A stretch of DNA of 63,525 nucleotides from Gnetum montanum. Taxonomy: Eukaryota > Plantae > Gnetophyta. Both the position numbers and the translations under genes were made by a program. The DNA lies in NCBI GenBank assembly GCA_015680685.1, contig MNCI01000970.1:549710-613234 (forward strand), given 5' to 3'. Below, piece after piece: positions 48,967-61,934 of the stretch (its first letter is position 1; every line of letters starts with the position of its first letter). Under the pieces are notes generated by a model that saw nothing but the letters and a program-made list of their open reading frames with translations, ran no database searches and was not told the DNA's origin.

Positions 48967-49811
48967 TGATGAGTGGTGAGGTACCCCTACACTCAACCAT
49001 ACGAATATGGGCGTTACGCGCAATTTGATTGAACTCCAAGGACTAAGTTCTTATGTGCCTTCACAGAACTAGGAAAGGTTAGGTGATTGTTATCTTCCCA
49101 AGCTTACTCGTATGGCACGATTGTATGGTTAAGTAAACTTGAGGTATATGATTTTTATGCTTTTTATGTTTTATGTCCTAGTGCTAAAGAGGGAAGAAGT
49201 GAATTGATTGAATAACTAATTTAAATTAACTAATCACCTAGGTCCTAAGTAGTCCTAACACCAGCATCCATTCCCACTTTCCATACACATCTTGAACCAA
49301 TGCAACACTACTGGGATTACCAAATGCTAATCGTTACTAGGTTACCAAGTGTTCCACGCATGCTTGAAGTGGTTGTATTGAGTGTGCTAACTTGTGAAAA
49401 TTAAGAAATCAATAAAAGTAACATTAATTAACTAATGAAAGCATTAAAGAACTGTAAATAGCATTAAGGGTAAGAGATAAGCTATTCTGAATGCTACAAG
49501 GTTTATCACAAAGTTTGTCTTTATTTTTGGACACAAGGTGTGCTCAGGTACACAATGCTCGAATAAAGATTTGTTTGCTTTCTGACGCCTATTACAGGCA
49601 CTCAGAAATAATTCTAACTCTAAGAGGGAGAAACTACAAGAGTTTGGGTAAGGGACTAAGAACTAACTGCCAAACCAAGTGCACCCACCTCTTATTTATA
49701 GGCAACGAGATAGGTCTCAATATCGGATGTTTGATATCGCATGGCAAGATACAATATCGTAGACTCGATATCACAGACACGATATCATAGCCCCGATATT
49801 ACAACACATCA
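48967..49811 (-). repeat. 3' LTR of element 2
   Basis: Direct repeat of 58080-58910. Confidence 0.92.
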
Positions 49812-51789
49812 TACCTACATGACTGAATGAAAACTCATCGTCGACTACCTTACAAAATATTAGGAAGGCATGGGATTATTGACTGAATGACAATTGACGA
49901 TGACATGGGATGATAGACTCAGAGTGCCCAGGGAATGGATCGAAAAATATATTATAGCATTGGTGTTCATGCCCATTGTTGTGAACACTGTACATAGATG
50001 ACATCCAGACCCTTATTCGATAGCTTGGAAAGAGAGAGAGAAAAAAATGAGGCATGTTACTGTTGATGTTGAAACTATGCACGTCATTGTTCATCCATAG
50101 CCACATGTCCAAACTTGTTCTGGCATAAATGCTCTAGCTCCAGTCCATATTGAGTGCTCCCTTTTGTCCCAGTCCATTGTTTGTGTAATCGCCATCTGCA
50201 CACACAACACACTCATGGATTAGCAAGGGTAGATAAAACCTAATGTAGCTAATACCTTGCCTCGATATAAAGCACATTGGCTAGGTTGTGGGTATGGCAG
50301 ATATTGGGTTAGAGGTTATGACTGCTAAATACCTAAGTTGTAGGGGTAAGATAATTATGGAATGGAAAAATTTGTGATAGGGCCCCTAGGACTAAGAGCA
50401 AAGCGAACCTCTGGTAGCAATAGGGTGGAAAACTTTATAGAACATGAAGGATAAGAGAAACAACAATGGTGAAGTTAATAAAACAAAAGCAAAAATAGAT
50501 GTCATTGATGGGGTGAATGAGAAATAGTTGATTGCAAGAAATGTTGAAGGGAAAGAGCTTAACAATTGCACCAAAAAGGAATGCCAATGGATCCTCCCCA
50601 AAGTAGGCTCATGCCTTGAATGCCCTGACAAACCTACAAACCAAAGAGTCTATAGGCTCTCAGAATGACTTATGGAAATAATGGTTAAAAACTTATTCAC
50701 AAGTATTTTATCAAAGGCTAACAATGCGTCAACCAAGATATAGACTCATCATAAACTAGCAATGAGGTGGAATGTGGAAAGCAATATGGAAAGAGGGGAG
50801 AGAATGGGATGGAGTCCCAAAATTAAGGTGGTGTAAAGTCCCTTGTGTAATATGTGGTTAAGGTGACTTAATAAAATTCTATCCAAATCTAGATTCAACT
50901 ATCCACATCCAGATTCAACTATCCACATCCAGTGACCTTGCATCAACACACTTGACCAACCCATCTTCCCGAAGTAACAAGAATGCATCCACAGAGCCAC
51001 CACCATCCCAACAAGAGAAGAAGTAGGAAGTGAGAAAGGGCCTTATTTAGAGGGAGCCTTTAGGCATGGGTAACATGTCTTTCCAGTGTCATAACTAGTG
51101 CTTGTAGCCCATGTTTCTTTATTATGTCTAAGGGATGTGCTTTGAATTCTCACTAGTTTTTGTTTTGTGAAAACTACACAATGCAAAGACTTATTTGATT
51201 TAGTCAACTTCCTGATATTTGATCAAGAGCGAGATGGCAGAAAACCTATGAAAAACATCCAAGTACCCAAGAGAATAGCCAGCACAAATGCGTCAAATCC
51301 CCTTGAGGTCACACCCTTTCCCATCCATTTGAATCTTTCCTTGGTTCAAAGAGTATTAAGATACCAATTCATTAATAAGTTTTCTTAGAAAGGGGACAAT
51401 ACATTTCCAAAACAAGGAAGACCATAGGGTTGTATGGATAATTGGGTGATATGGACTCATTGCCTATTTTCTCAAAAGAAACCATATCTTAGCATCAACA
51501 CTGAAAGTCAAAGGTAAAAACCAAACATTAGTAATCGACACTTATTATAATGCAACCCACCATCGTGAGCACTTATTATGTGATGAATAAGAATAAGTTA
51601 AACAAATAAATAGTAAAAATGTTAACGATGGTGTAAAAAAAAAATAAGTAAAGATGAAAAATGTGTAAAACAAAAATGTATAAAAGCAAAGGAACTGAGA
51701 GCTTAGAATGGTTAGCATTGGTGGCCATCTCCCCCATGATTGAGTTGGAAGGAGGAGATTTGAAATAATGAGCAAGGTTGTCCATCAAC

Positions 51790-54700
51790 AGAGGTAGTAT
51801 TAGTATTGGCTATTTTAGGCTCATGGAAGGGTTTGGTTTGCTGGATTTTGAACAATAACTTCTTATTCGGGCTTTCAAGTTTGTAGATCATCATGGCCCC
51901 TAAAGGAAAAGTTTCATGAATGATATAAGGTCCTTCCCATAGTGTTGAAAATTTAGTTCGTTGGGATACATGTGTGGGATTCCAATAAAGAACCTTATCT
52001 CCCGGTTGGTATTTGACTTTCCTAATCCTTAGGTCATGACGTTGTTTGTTAAAGGCCTTGTGCAGTTTGTTAGATGATAGGGCAGCTAATTGATTTTTAC
52101 CTAGCAAGTTAAGGTTCATTAGCTATTCTTTTTGTGCTAGATTGAGGTCAAGGTTAAGGTCACATGTTGTGGATAGTGTACAGAGCTCTGCTTGAATAGA
52201 AAGCATCGAAAGTTTACTGTACACTAACTAATAGGGAGTTTTCATGTGGAGTGGTATGCCCAGAGAGCATCATTTAGTTTGCTGTTCCAGTCTCGCCTAT
52301 ACTTGCTAATGGTTTGTGTCAATATTTTTGTGATCTCCCTATTGGTAACCTCAGCTTGACCATTCGCTTGAGGATGATATGGTGTAGTTAGTTTGTGCTC
52401 AACTCCTAAGCATTGCATTAACTTTTAAAAAGTTGAACCTGTAAAGTGTGTATCATTGTTAGAAATAAGTGCATGAGGCATGCCAAACTTGTTTACAATT
52501 TGTTGTTGAACAAATCATGTAGTGGTAGATGATGTATAGTCCGTAACAGCGGCTGCTTTTGTTCAGTTGGTAAAATAGTCAACAACAACAACAATGTAGG
52601 CTTTTCCATTGGACATCAGTGTAATAGGTCCCATAAAATCAATTCCCCATATGTTGAAGGGTTCTAAAGGTTGAATCCATTGTTGTAGACCCTCCATTGT
52701 AGTAGTCATTCCCCCATTATGTTGGCAGTGCTCACAAGATTAGACGAAATGATGAGCATCCCGAAACAATGTAGGCCAATAATATCCCGGAAGCAAGATT
52801 TTTATGGCTATTCATCTTCTCACGTAATGACCCCCACAAGGGCCCTCATGAGCATCTTGGAGAACTCACAATTGATCTACATTGAGAACACACCATCGAA
52901 CCAAGCCATTGGGACATACCTTAGAAAGGTGTTCATTGATTTCCATGAAATATTTGGCTCGGTGAAGAAACTATTATTTCTTTTTAACGTCTAACCCTTG
53001 TGGTGTTTCTTGTGTAAGCAGATAAGTGAGAATGCTGCTATACCAATTTGTATCAGTGGTTAATTGATTGTTTATCACACCTGCAAAGAGGAGTTCATCA
53101 AGGAAATAGTTAGAAATTGGATATTCATCCTCTTTGTTGTCCATTGCAACCGAGATAAATGATCAGCAACAACATTCTGGGTGCCTTTATGATTGATCAT
53201 CGTAAGATTGAACTCTTGTAAGATCATAAGCCATCATATGATGCAAGGGCTTACCATTGGTTTATTCATTAGGAACTGAATTGCACTATGATCCATATGT
53301 ACAAATATCTTATAGCCCAATACATAGTGCCTAAATTTTTCTAGTGGAAACACCATAGTCATTAACTCTTTTTCCGTTGTGGTGTAATTGAGTTGTGCAC
53401 CAGCGATACTTTGACTTGCATAGTGGATGTAATAGGGACATTTTTGGTCATCTAATTGTGTAAGTATAGCTCCTAAGGCAAAGTTGGATGTATTAGTCAT
53501 TATGTGGAATGGTTTGAACTAGTCAGGAGCTTGTAGAATAGGCATTTCTACAAGCTTTTGTTTTAAGGTTTGGAAGGCTAGCTCACATTCCTTGGTCCAT
53601 TCAAAAGGTATGTCCTTCTTCGTTAGTTCTACCAAAGGTTTTGCAATCCTTGAAAAGTTCTCAATGAAGTGTCTATAATAGCCAGTATGTCCAAGGAATG
53701 ATCGGATGTCTTTTACAGTTTCACGTTGCCAAGTGATTCCTTGGATGACCTTAGTCTTTTCAAGATCTACTTCTATCTCTGTTTGTGAAATCTTGTGCCC
53801 TAATACAATGCCTTCTTGGACCATTAAATGGCTTTTTTGCCAATTGTGTCTTAAGTTAGTTTCTACACATTGTTTTAGTACTTTCTCTAATTGCTCCAAT
53901 GCTTGTTTTAAGTTTGCTCCATAGGTGGAAGAAATCATCCATAAATACCTCCATACCATTTCCTTTTTGTTGCTGAAAGATACTTAGAACCAAACGTTGA
54001 AACGTTGTTAGGGTGTTGCACAAGCCAAATGACATCTGCTTATATGCAAATGTCCCCCAAGGACTTGTGAATGTAGTCTTGGCTTGGTCTTCTGGTGCTA
54101 TTTGAATTTGATTATATTCATTGTAGCCATCCAGAAAACTATGGTAGCAATGCTTTGCAATGGTATCTAAGACTTGGTCGACCAATGGCAATGGGAAGTG
54201 GTCTTTAAATGCTGCCATGTTCAGTAGCCTAAAGTCTATACACATCCTCCATTTACCTCACTTTTTGGGCACAATGACTAATGAACTAACCCATTCATTA
54301 CTAGCAATGGGATAGATAAACCCAGCTTTTAGAAGTTCAATTTCTTCTTTAACCACTTGCTTAAGCTTTGGGTTCTGTTGCCTCTACGGTTGTCATTGAG
54401 GTTTCATGAAGGGATTAGTGTAAATTCTATGTTGGCATATCCTAGGATCTATTCTGGTTAATTTGGGATATGACCAAGCAAAGGCTTTCGACCATTTGTT
54501 TACCATTTGCAGCAGTCTTTCTTTTTGTTGAGGAGCAAGCTTAGCATTAATGATTACCGAATTTTCATTTTTGAAAAATATATACTCCATGTCGATGGAC
54601 AATAGTTTTAACTCAAGGGGCTTTTGGTTGCACTCATCAAGGATTTTTAACTTTCCCCAGTTGATATTTTCGATGTTGGGACTTGGAAGTTGGAGATGGA

Positions 54701-57700
54701 CTTGCTCTAATGTATCTATGCTATTAATGTAGGTGCAAGTCAAGCTCTCAGTTGGTTCTATGCATATAATTGAATCATTCTCTTGGTTAGTTGTCAGCCA
54801 TTGGGTGCCTTCCTATCTTGTGGCTGTTATATACAGGCATCTTTGTATGTTAGTTATTGGTGCACACTGGTTACATGTAGGCAATGTTAAATGTTGTATA
54901 AACTAGGACTTCTACACATAATTACACCTTGTGTCACTGTATGCGATGCATAGAACTTTCTTCTTCTTGATATTTCCAAATGTATTTTCCTTTGATATTT
55001 CTAGGGAAAGATCACGTATTCCTAGGCATGCCTCAATTGTGCTTAGCCATGCTCTTTCCATTACAATTGGGAAGTCCCCCTTATAGTTGACTTGAATCAC
55101 TAGGAAATTGGTTAGATATGACCACCCACAAATAGTGGTGATAATGTCCTCCACTAGTGCTAATGGGATAGTGATGGACTGGTCGACAAACTCTAAACGT
55201 ATGTTACTCTTTTTTAGTGGAGGCAAGTTCTAAGCTTTGTACATTTCTTGAGAGATTAAGTTAACACCAAAACTTGAATCCAAAAGAGCCTTGCAAGGTT
55301 TATTCCCAGTGATTTGCAAATATATAAGAGGACTTCTAGGATCAGAGAATTTCCTAGGAAGATGGCTAGCTTTAATCCAATCGGTAATTACAGGAGTCAA
55401 CATGACTGTGTGTGTTAAGTGTGGTCTTTAGTTTGAAGGAAGCTCCGAAGATTTGAATGGTGGTGAGGCATTTGGAGAATTTGCCGCTTGTGGTTGTATG
55501 GACTTAGTTGGATTATTGGTTCTAAAGAAAGGTCTCTTCTTTATGCAGTTGTCTGAACTAATAGTAGGTTGAGGGTTGACAGCCCTTGTAGCGTTACATT
55601 GTTGCAGCTGGGCGGGAAGCTCACCTTGCATAGCTGGAGTAGGTGGTAATGGGGCTAAGGGTGGAAGAGGTGCAGTTGGATGAGAAGGATAGTATGTTTG
55701 TGAAACCTCTCCTCTAGGAGAAGGAGTTCTATAGTACTCATGGGTTTAGTAGTAAGATTGAGGAGTAACATAACTAGTAGAGTTACATGGAGAGATTGGC
55801 TACTGCACGTAGTATCCATACGGGTTAGGTTGACGATAAGGGTACTGTTGACATGGTGGTGGCATTCCCCATGATTGTGGGTGTTGCCACTATTGATACT
55901 ATTCATTTGGTTGTGGTGGAGTTCCACTTGGATAATACGTCAAGGGTTGGTGGAACTATCTTGGGCTACCTTGAGGATAAGGTAACCTTCAGGGTGTTTG
56001 CTGTTTTTTCAATCATGGGTTTAGTGTGTACACTCTAGACTCCTGCAGATGTGAGATTACTGGGCAAAATCCCTTGGGATGGTCATATTGACATATCTCA
56101 CATTCACCATCATTGTCTATATTTGAATCCACAACCTTTTCAATGATGGAAGCTTTGTCCTTACCTTTGTTACGTGCACATTCAGTTTCTTTCTTTTTTC
56201 TCCTTTCTCAGTCACTACCTGGTTCCCTAGACCCTACTATTTTGAGAACTATTTGAAATCTATTATCTAGGGAGTCCCACATTTGGTCCACCTTTGCCAA
56301 TACTTCTGATGCAACTTTTTGAATGGGCAAATTTTTCCTATTCACCATCTCTTCAAGTGGTGACTCTTCTTCATCCTCACAAAATCTAACTCCCTTCTTT
56401 CAGAGGGAAGGATCTCTGTTGTATTCCTCTGCGCTCTCTCTTTTCCTTAACTCACCTTCTTCCTTGGCAACTTACTCCAACAATCTTTGTACTTGATGGG
56501 CTCTATGCTCGGATAGTATTCCTTGGGCATAAGTCCCAAGGGTTCCTCGTGTTTCATGCCTAAGTCCATCTACGAGATGGCGTAGTTGTTCCCTCTATGA
56601 GTAACCATGGCCAGGGAAATGATGTAATAATGCATAATATTGGCCCATGGTAGCATCCAAGGGTTCATGTCCTCCTTGTTTCCATGCTTAGATTTGCTTT
56701 TGCAGGTTGGACACTCAGGAGTATGTTTGATACTTATCATTGAACAGTTCTAACATGGTACTCCATTGGTGAATGGATTCTAGTTCTAAGGACTGGTACT
56801 AGCTTTCCACTTCCTTGATTAGTGTTTGTGGAAATAACTTGAGTTTTTGCCACTCATTTTCTATGTTTTGCAAGGCACATACATACTAAAATGCTTGCAA
56901 ATGATTTTGAGGATCAGCGTTGTATCCCCCTTCAAATTGTGGGATATTGTTCATGTCCAATCTTTTGATCTTGATATCTTTTTTGTGCCTTGTTGTGATT
57001 CTAACAACCTTAAAAATAGCTAGCATACTTCAGGTAGCGAGTAGGGGTTCATCGTGATCGTATTCTCTATGGCGTCTATGATGCCTATACTGTTCCCTAT
57101 TCTCCCTCCTTTCGCAGTGTGTTTCTCTAGAATGCCCTCATCCCGTTTCTTGACTTTTTTGTCTATTATTCCTATTTTTCCTACCATTATCCTTAGGGTC
57201 TTTCCCTCTATGATTGTGTTATGATCCTAAAGGAGAGGGGGAAGGAGATGATGGAGGTGAAGAGGGAGGAGGACCGTCACCATGATGGTGCCTGCTACCT
57301 TCTCTTTGGTGGTTACGGCCTCGATTGTAGTTACAATTAGAATGTCCATCCTTGTCATGTGTTCATGTTCCTTTTTTGGATCCTTTTTGTCCGTCGGTAC
57401 TAGAATCTGGGTTATGGATAGTTGAGTGAAGATTCTGATACACAACCCCTTGACTGAAGTCAACGAGAGGAGCATCATTTTGTGGAAGACCTCTTGAGGT
57501 AGGTTCACCACCCTCATTTTCACCTATGACATATGGGGCATCTTGCAACCACTTCTCCTTCATAGATTTATGATGTCTCTCCTGTTGTAAGTTCCTTTGA
57601 TGTTGTGCTTCCATGGGTCAATACTCTCTCAAGTCATGTTCATGCACAATGTACTCTACCTATAAGTACTACATACCAATTTGTTGAGAGCACGAAGAAG

Positions 57701-57850
57701 CATGCTTGGGATTGAATGATTGGGAGGTAACACTATGTCACCTTCTAAATCATGCCAACATAGTTGTTCATCCTGGTGGAGGATAAAGGTAAAGTTTGGT
57801 ATATACTCATCGGGATGAATGTATACCACACAAAACTATTGGGGCACTGG
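51790..57850 (-). pseudogene. gag-pol of element 2 (many stops and frameshifts)
   Basis: Fragments 54912-55226 (PR), 53856-54245 and 53519-53959 (RT: MCIDFR.LN, FLDGY, VFMDDF, SFLGHTGYYR), 53234-53500 (RNase H: NYTTTEKEL, DHSAI) and 51712-52119 (IN C-terminus, WEGPY). Confidence 0.93.
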
Positions 57851-58079
57851 TGGGTCATCATGTGTATTACGTGTTTGATTATTTGTTGTGTTTGATCTAG
57901 GTGGTGAAACACTCTCGTAAGAAGAAGGAGACATGATTAATTCTTTAGTGTGTAACACTTTTCTCTTCTCTTTTCTAATAATTTTAAGATAACCAACCCT
58001 AAGGGTTCATTCCAACGATGGGAAAATTTCTAAGTTCTAATTAGTGCATAAACAACAAATTCCCCAACAACAGTGCCAA

Positions 58080-58910
58080 CGATGAGCGACAAGGTACCCC
58101 TACACTTAACCATATGAATATGAGCGTCACGTGTGATCTGGTCGAACTCCAAGGACTAAGTGCTTATGTGCCTTCATAGAACCAGGATGGGTTAGGTGAT
58201 CATTGTCTTCCCAAGCTTACTCGTATAGCACGATTGTATGGTTAAGTAAACTTGAGGTATATGATTTTTATGCTTTTTATGTTTTATGTCCTGGTGCTAA
58301 AGAGGGAAGAAGTGAATTGATTGAACAACTAATTTAAATTAGCTAATCACCTAGGTCCTAACTAGTCCTAACACCAACATTCATTCCTAGTTTCCGTACA
58401 AATCCTGAACTAATGCAACACTATTGGGATTACTAAATGCTAATCGTTATTGGGTTACTAAGTGTTTCACGCATGTTCAAAGTGGTTGTACTGAGTGTGC
58501 TTACTTGTGAAAATTAAGAAATCAATAAAAGTAGCATTAGTTAACTAATGAAAGCATTAAAGAACTGTAAATAGCATTAAGGATGAGAGATAAGCTATTC
58601 TGAATGTTGCAAGGTTTATCAAAAAGTTCATCTTTATTTCTAGACACAAGGTGTGCTTAGGTACACAATGCTCAAATAAAGATCCGTTCACTTTATGACT
58701 CCTACTGCGGGCACTCAAAAATAATTTTAACTCTAAGAGGGAGAAATTGCAAGAGTTTGGGTAAGGGACTAAGAACTAATTGCCAAACCAAGTGTGCCCA
58801 CCTCTTATTTATAGGCAACAAGACAGGTCTTGATATCGGATGTCCGATATTGCATTGCAGGATTTGATATCGTGGACCTGATATCACAAACGCGATATCG
58901 TGGCTCATCA
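58080..58910 (-). repeat. 5' LTR of element 2
   Basis: TATAAATAA at ~58813 on the minus strand; the PBS follows immediately at 58061-58079. Confidence 0.92.
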
Positions 58911-59724
58911 CTTGGCTTGGTCAAGTTTTCAAGCATTCTACTTAGCATTTTTAACACTTTTTATGGCCCAAAACTGCAACATTTTTCACTACAAAGTTTT
59001 TGAGCTTTCCACTTGGAATGCTAGTGTTTTTGACAATTTGAACATTAATTATGCTACTTTATCATAATTCATGATGTTTTTCATGTCTCACACCATGAAT
59101 TAAACTTTACAAAGTGAGAATGCTCTAGGATTTTAACAAAAATCGGGCTACAAAATGTACTTTTTGAAGGGAATTTAAGGCATTCATTTTTACTCTTAAA
59201 TTTGATCAAATTTACATGACAAAATTTAGTCACAAGGCTTCCCTATGTACAATATGAATTTTCTTTGAGGTATTTCAAATAGAAGGTATTTCTAGTTTAG
59301 AAGATTCATATATGTTCTCTTTTCTATTTTTTAATTTTATTTTTTAGATATTCTTATTAATCATTTTCTTCGTATGTATAGTTAGGATGGAGGATGTATT
59401 TTGGTGATTTTTCAATTTTTTTCCTTTTTTTAGAACAAAATTTGAGAAGTTAATTGGATGTTTCCATGTATGTTTTGAAAGGTTTAGTGCTTTTATTTCC
59501 TAACCATTGGGTATCTTTTAGTTTAGTGATTGTTGTTTAGACATGCTTTTGAACACACTTTTGTTTTTCAAGTTTTTTATGGGTTGGTATATAAGTTGTT
59601 TTTATGTTTTGAACTTTATGCTCACTGCTGCATTCTTCATCATTGTAAGTAATGTATCGAATTTTTTTTGCCTCTTCATATTACCATGTTCAATATTTTT
59701 TTCAAACTCTAAGGAAAGATCTTA

Positions 59725-60620
59725 AATGCTTAGCTTAGCATCAATGTTGCTAAGCCATGCTCTTTCCATGATGACTATTGAATTCACCCTTATTATTCTC
59801 CATATTGACTATGAGGAAATTTGTTGAATAAGACCACCCATCAATGGTGGTCACCAAATCATTAACCTCTGCTAAGAAAATAATGATGGGTTAATCTATA
59901 GACTTTAACCTTATATTACTTTTTTTATCAAAGGTAGGTTCTAAGCCTTACATATTTTATGTGAGATTAGGTTCATACTTAAACCTAAGTCTATTTTTTT
60001 TCTTGGTAGAGCACTCACTTTCATCTAATCAATTATAGTATATGTAATCATGATAGTGTTTATGTTTTATTCAAGAGTAACGATGACTATTAACACCTGT
60101 GTAGGATTAAGAGGCATTCTTATTGTGAGAAAGGGAGTTGCATCATATGAAACCTATGTTGATGTTGATGCATTGATAGGTCTATTATCTTCCTTTGTAA
60201 GCATGGGAAACATCTTGAAAAAAGATTATTTTTGAGGCTTGTCCTCAAAGCTACTAGCACTATCATCTATTTGTATGTTGACAGTGCAAGTAATGTTCTT
60301 CTACTGAAGTTGTAGTGATAATTCTCTCTACATTACTGGTAGTGGTAAAGGTGAGATACAAGTGTAAGAGTGATAAGAATGATGTGAAGAATGGTAAGAA
60401 GTATCGAATGGTGATTTCAAAAGAGGTGTTATAGGTTAACGGTATTTAGAAGAGTAGTAGTAAGTAGAGGAATGAATAATAGGACTATTGGAAGAAATAA
60501 ACTATTGGACATAGTATCCATAAGGGTTCATATTTTTGCCTTAATGATAGCATGCCCCATGAATGTGGTTTTGCCATTGTTGTTAATAACAGTTGTAACA
60601 ACTTGTGCTTTTATTCCTTC
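59725..60620 (-). pseudogene. Further decayed Athila-like gag/protease fragment
   Basis: Remnants GWSYSTNFLIV and IMERAWLSNIDA (~59740-59850) are homologous to the protease of elements 1 and 2; a Pro/Tyr-rich gag-like stretch lies at ~60400-60600. Confidence 0.7.
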
Positions 60621-61193
60621 TAGCATGATCTAACTTCTCATAAGAGTTTTTTCTTGGTCCTGGTTCATAGGTTTTAATATGCCTTTTGTAATTATTATAC
60701 TCTCATATATCTTGTATAAGGCTTTTAGAAGAGTTGATCTAGTAACCTTGGAACTCTATCTTTTAATAAATCTTAGATTCTTTTTACGAATATTTTATTT
60801 AAGCTTTGTTTGTATAAATTATGAATTATTTTAATAAATAATCTTATTTTAATTCTTTTATTTAAAAACTTCCAATATCTTTTTATAAATATGATTTCAT
60901 TCAAATTTTTGAATTTATATTTTAAAATTATTAATTATTAGTATTTTATTGCTAAGAATATATTGATTGGATGGTTGCACATGTTATGATTTGATAGACA
61001 AATGTTTTGGAAAAATATTATCTTTCTCTAAAAAGTTAAGGTTTATTCCATTTCTTTTCTAAAATGTACTTACACTTCCTAATATTTACTAAACTCTTAG
61101 CTTGCTTCTCTAATTATTGTGGAATTTATCAATTTGATATTTTATTATGAACCATTATTTCTAAATGTACTTGGAAATCCTAGGATTATCTAT

Positions 61194-61934
61194 TGATGAG
61201 AAATAGATTGGCCATGTCGATGAGGCCTCGTTGACTAGGCCCCGTTGATTGTGCTATGTTGATTCGACCTCATCAACACATTGTTTGATGCATTGATGTG
61301 GCCCCGTAAATGCAAGGTCTCTTCTTGCCTATAAATATGTGCCAATTTTCCATGTTTAAGCATTATCTTATCATAGTTGTAGCAAAGCTCTTGTAGTTTT
61401 TACATTCAAGAGTTAGAATATTCTCTTGAGTGCTCGCAACAGGAGTCATTGATTGTATGGATCTTTATTCCAACACTGCTATACTTGAGCATGGTAGTGT
61501 GTGCAACAATAAAGATGAAATTCTTGATAAACCTTGTAGTATTTTGAATAACTTAAATGTTTTATTCATGCATTTAATGTTTTCAATTATTTATTCAATG
61601 TTCTTTAATAATTAAGTCAATTAAGTAATTAAGCAAGATAAGTTAAATAGCGATTAAGTAAACACATAAGTATGACCGCTTCAAGCACGCATATGATGTT
61701 TGCTAATCCTAGTAGCGCTTAGCGCTTGGTAACCCAACAATGTTACATGTGTTCAAGATGTGTACGATAAGTGAGACTAGATAGTTATGTCAGGACTAGT
61801 TGAATAATAGTTAGTCCATTAGATTAAAGTAGATATTAAATTACCTTATTCTCTATCCCATTTATTTCAAGCATCAAAGCCATAAAATATAAAATGATAA
61901 AAATCATCTACCTCAATTACACTTAAACCATACC
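61194..61934 (+). mobile_element. Athila-like LTR (third subfamily), truncated at its 3' end by a further insertion
   Basis: Starts TGATGAG; TATAAAT at 61330; internal blocks are homologous in reverse to the element 1 LTR, e.g. TACCTCAATTACACTTAAACCATACC. Confidence 0.8.

Larger units (their letters stand above)
48967..58910 (-). mobile_element. Complete but decayed Athila-like Ty3/Gypsy LTR retrotransposon (element 2), TSD CTTGG
   Basis: LTRs 48967-49811 and 58080-58910; outer termini TGATGAG...CTCATCA; CTTGG at 48962-48966 and 58911-58915; PBS TTGGCACTGTTGTTGGGGA (Athila consensus TGGCGCCGTTGCCGGGGA, tRNA-Asp); domain order gag (CEICQYDHPKGFC), PR (ALLDSSFGVNLIS), RT, RH, IN. Confidence 0.95.
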
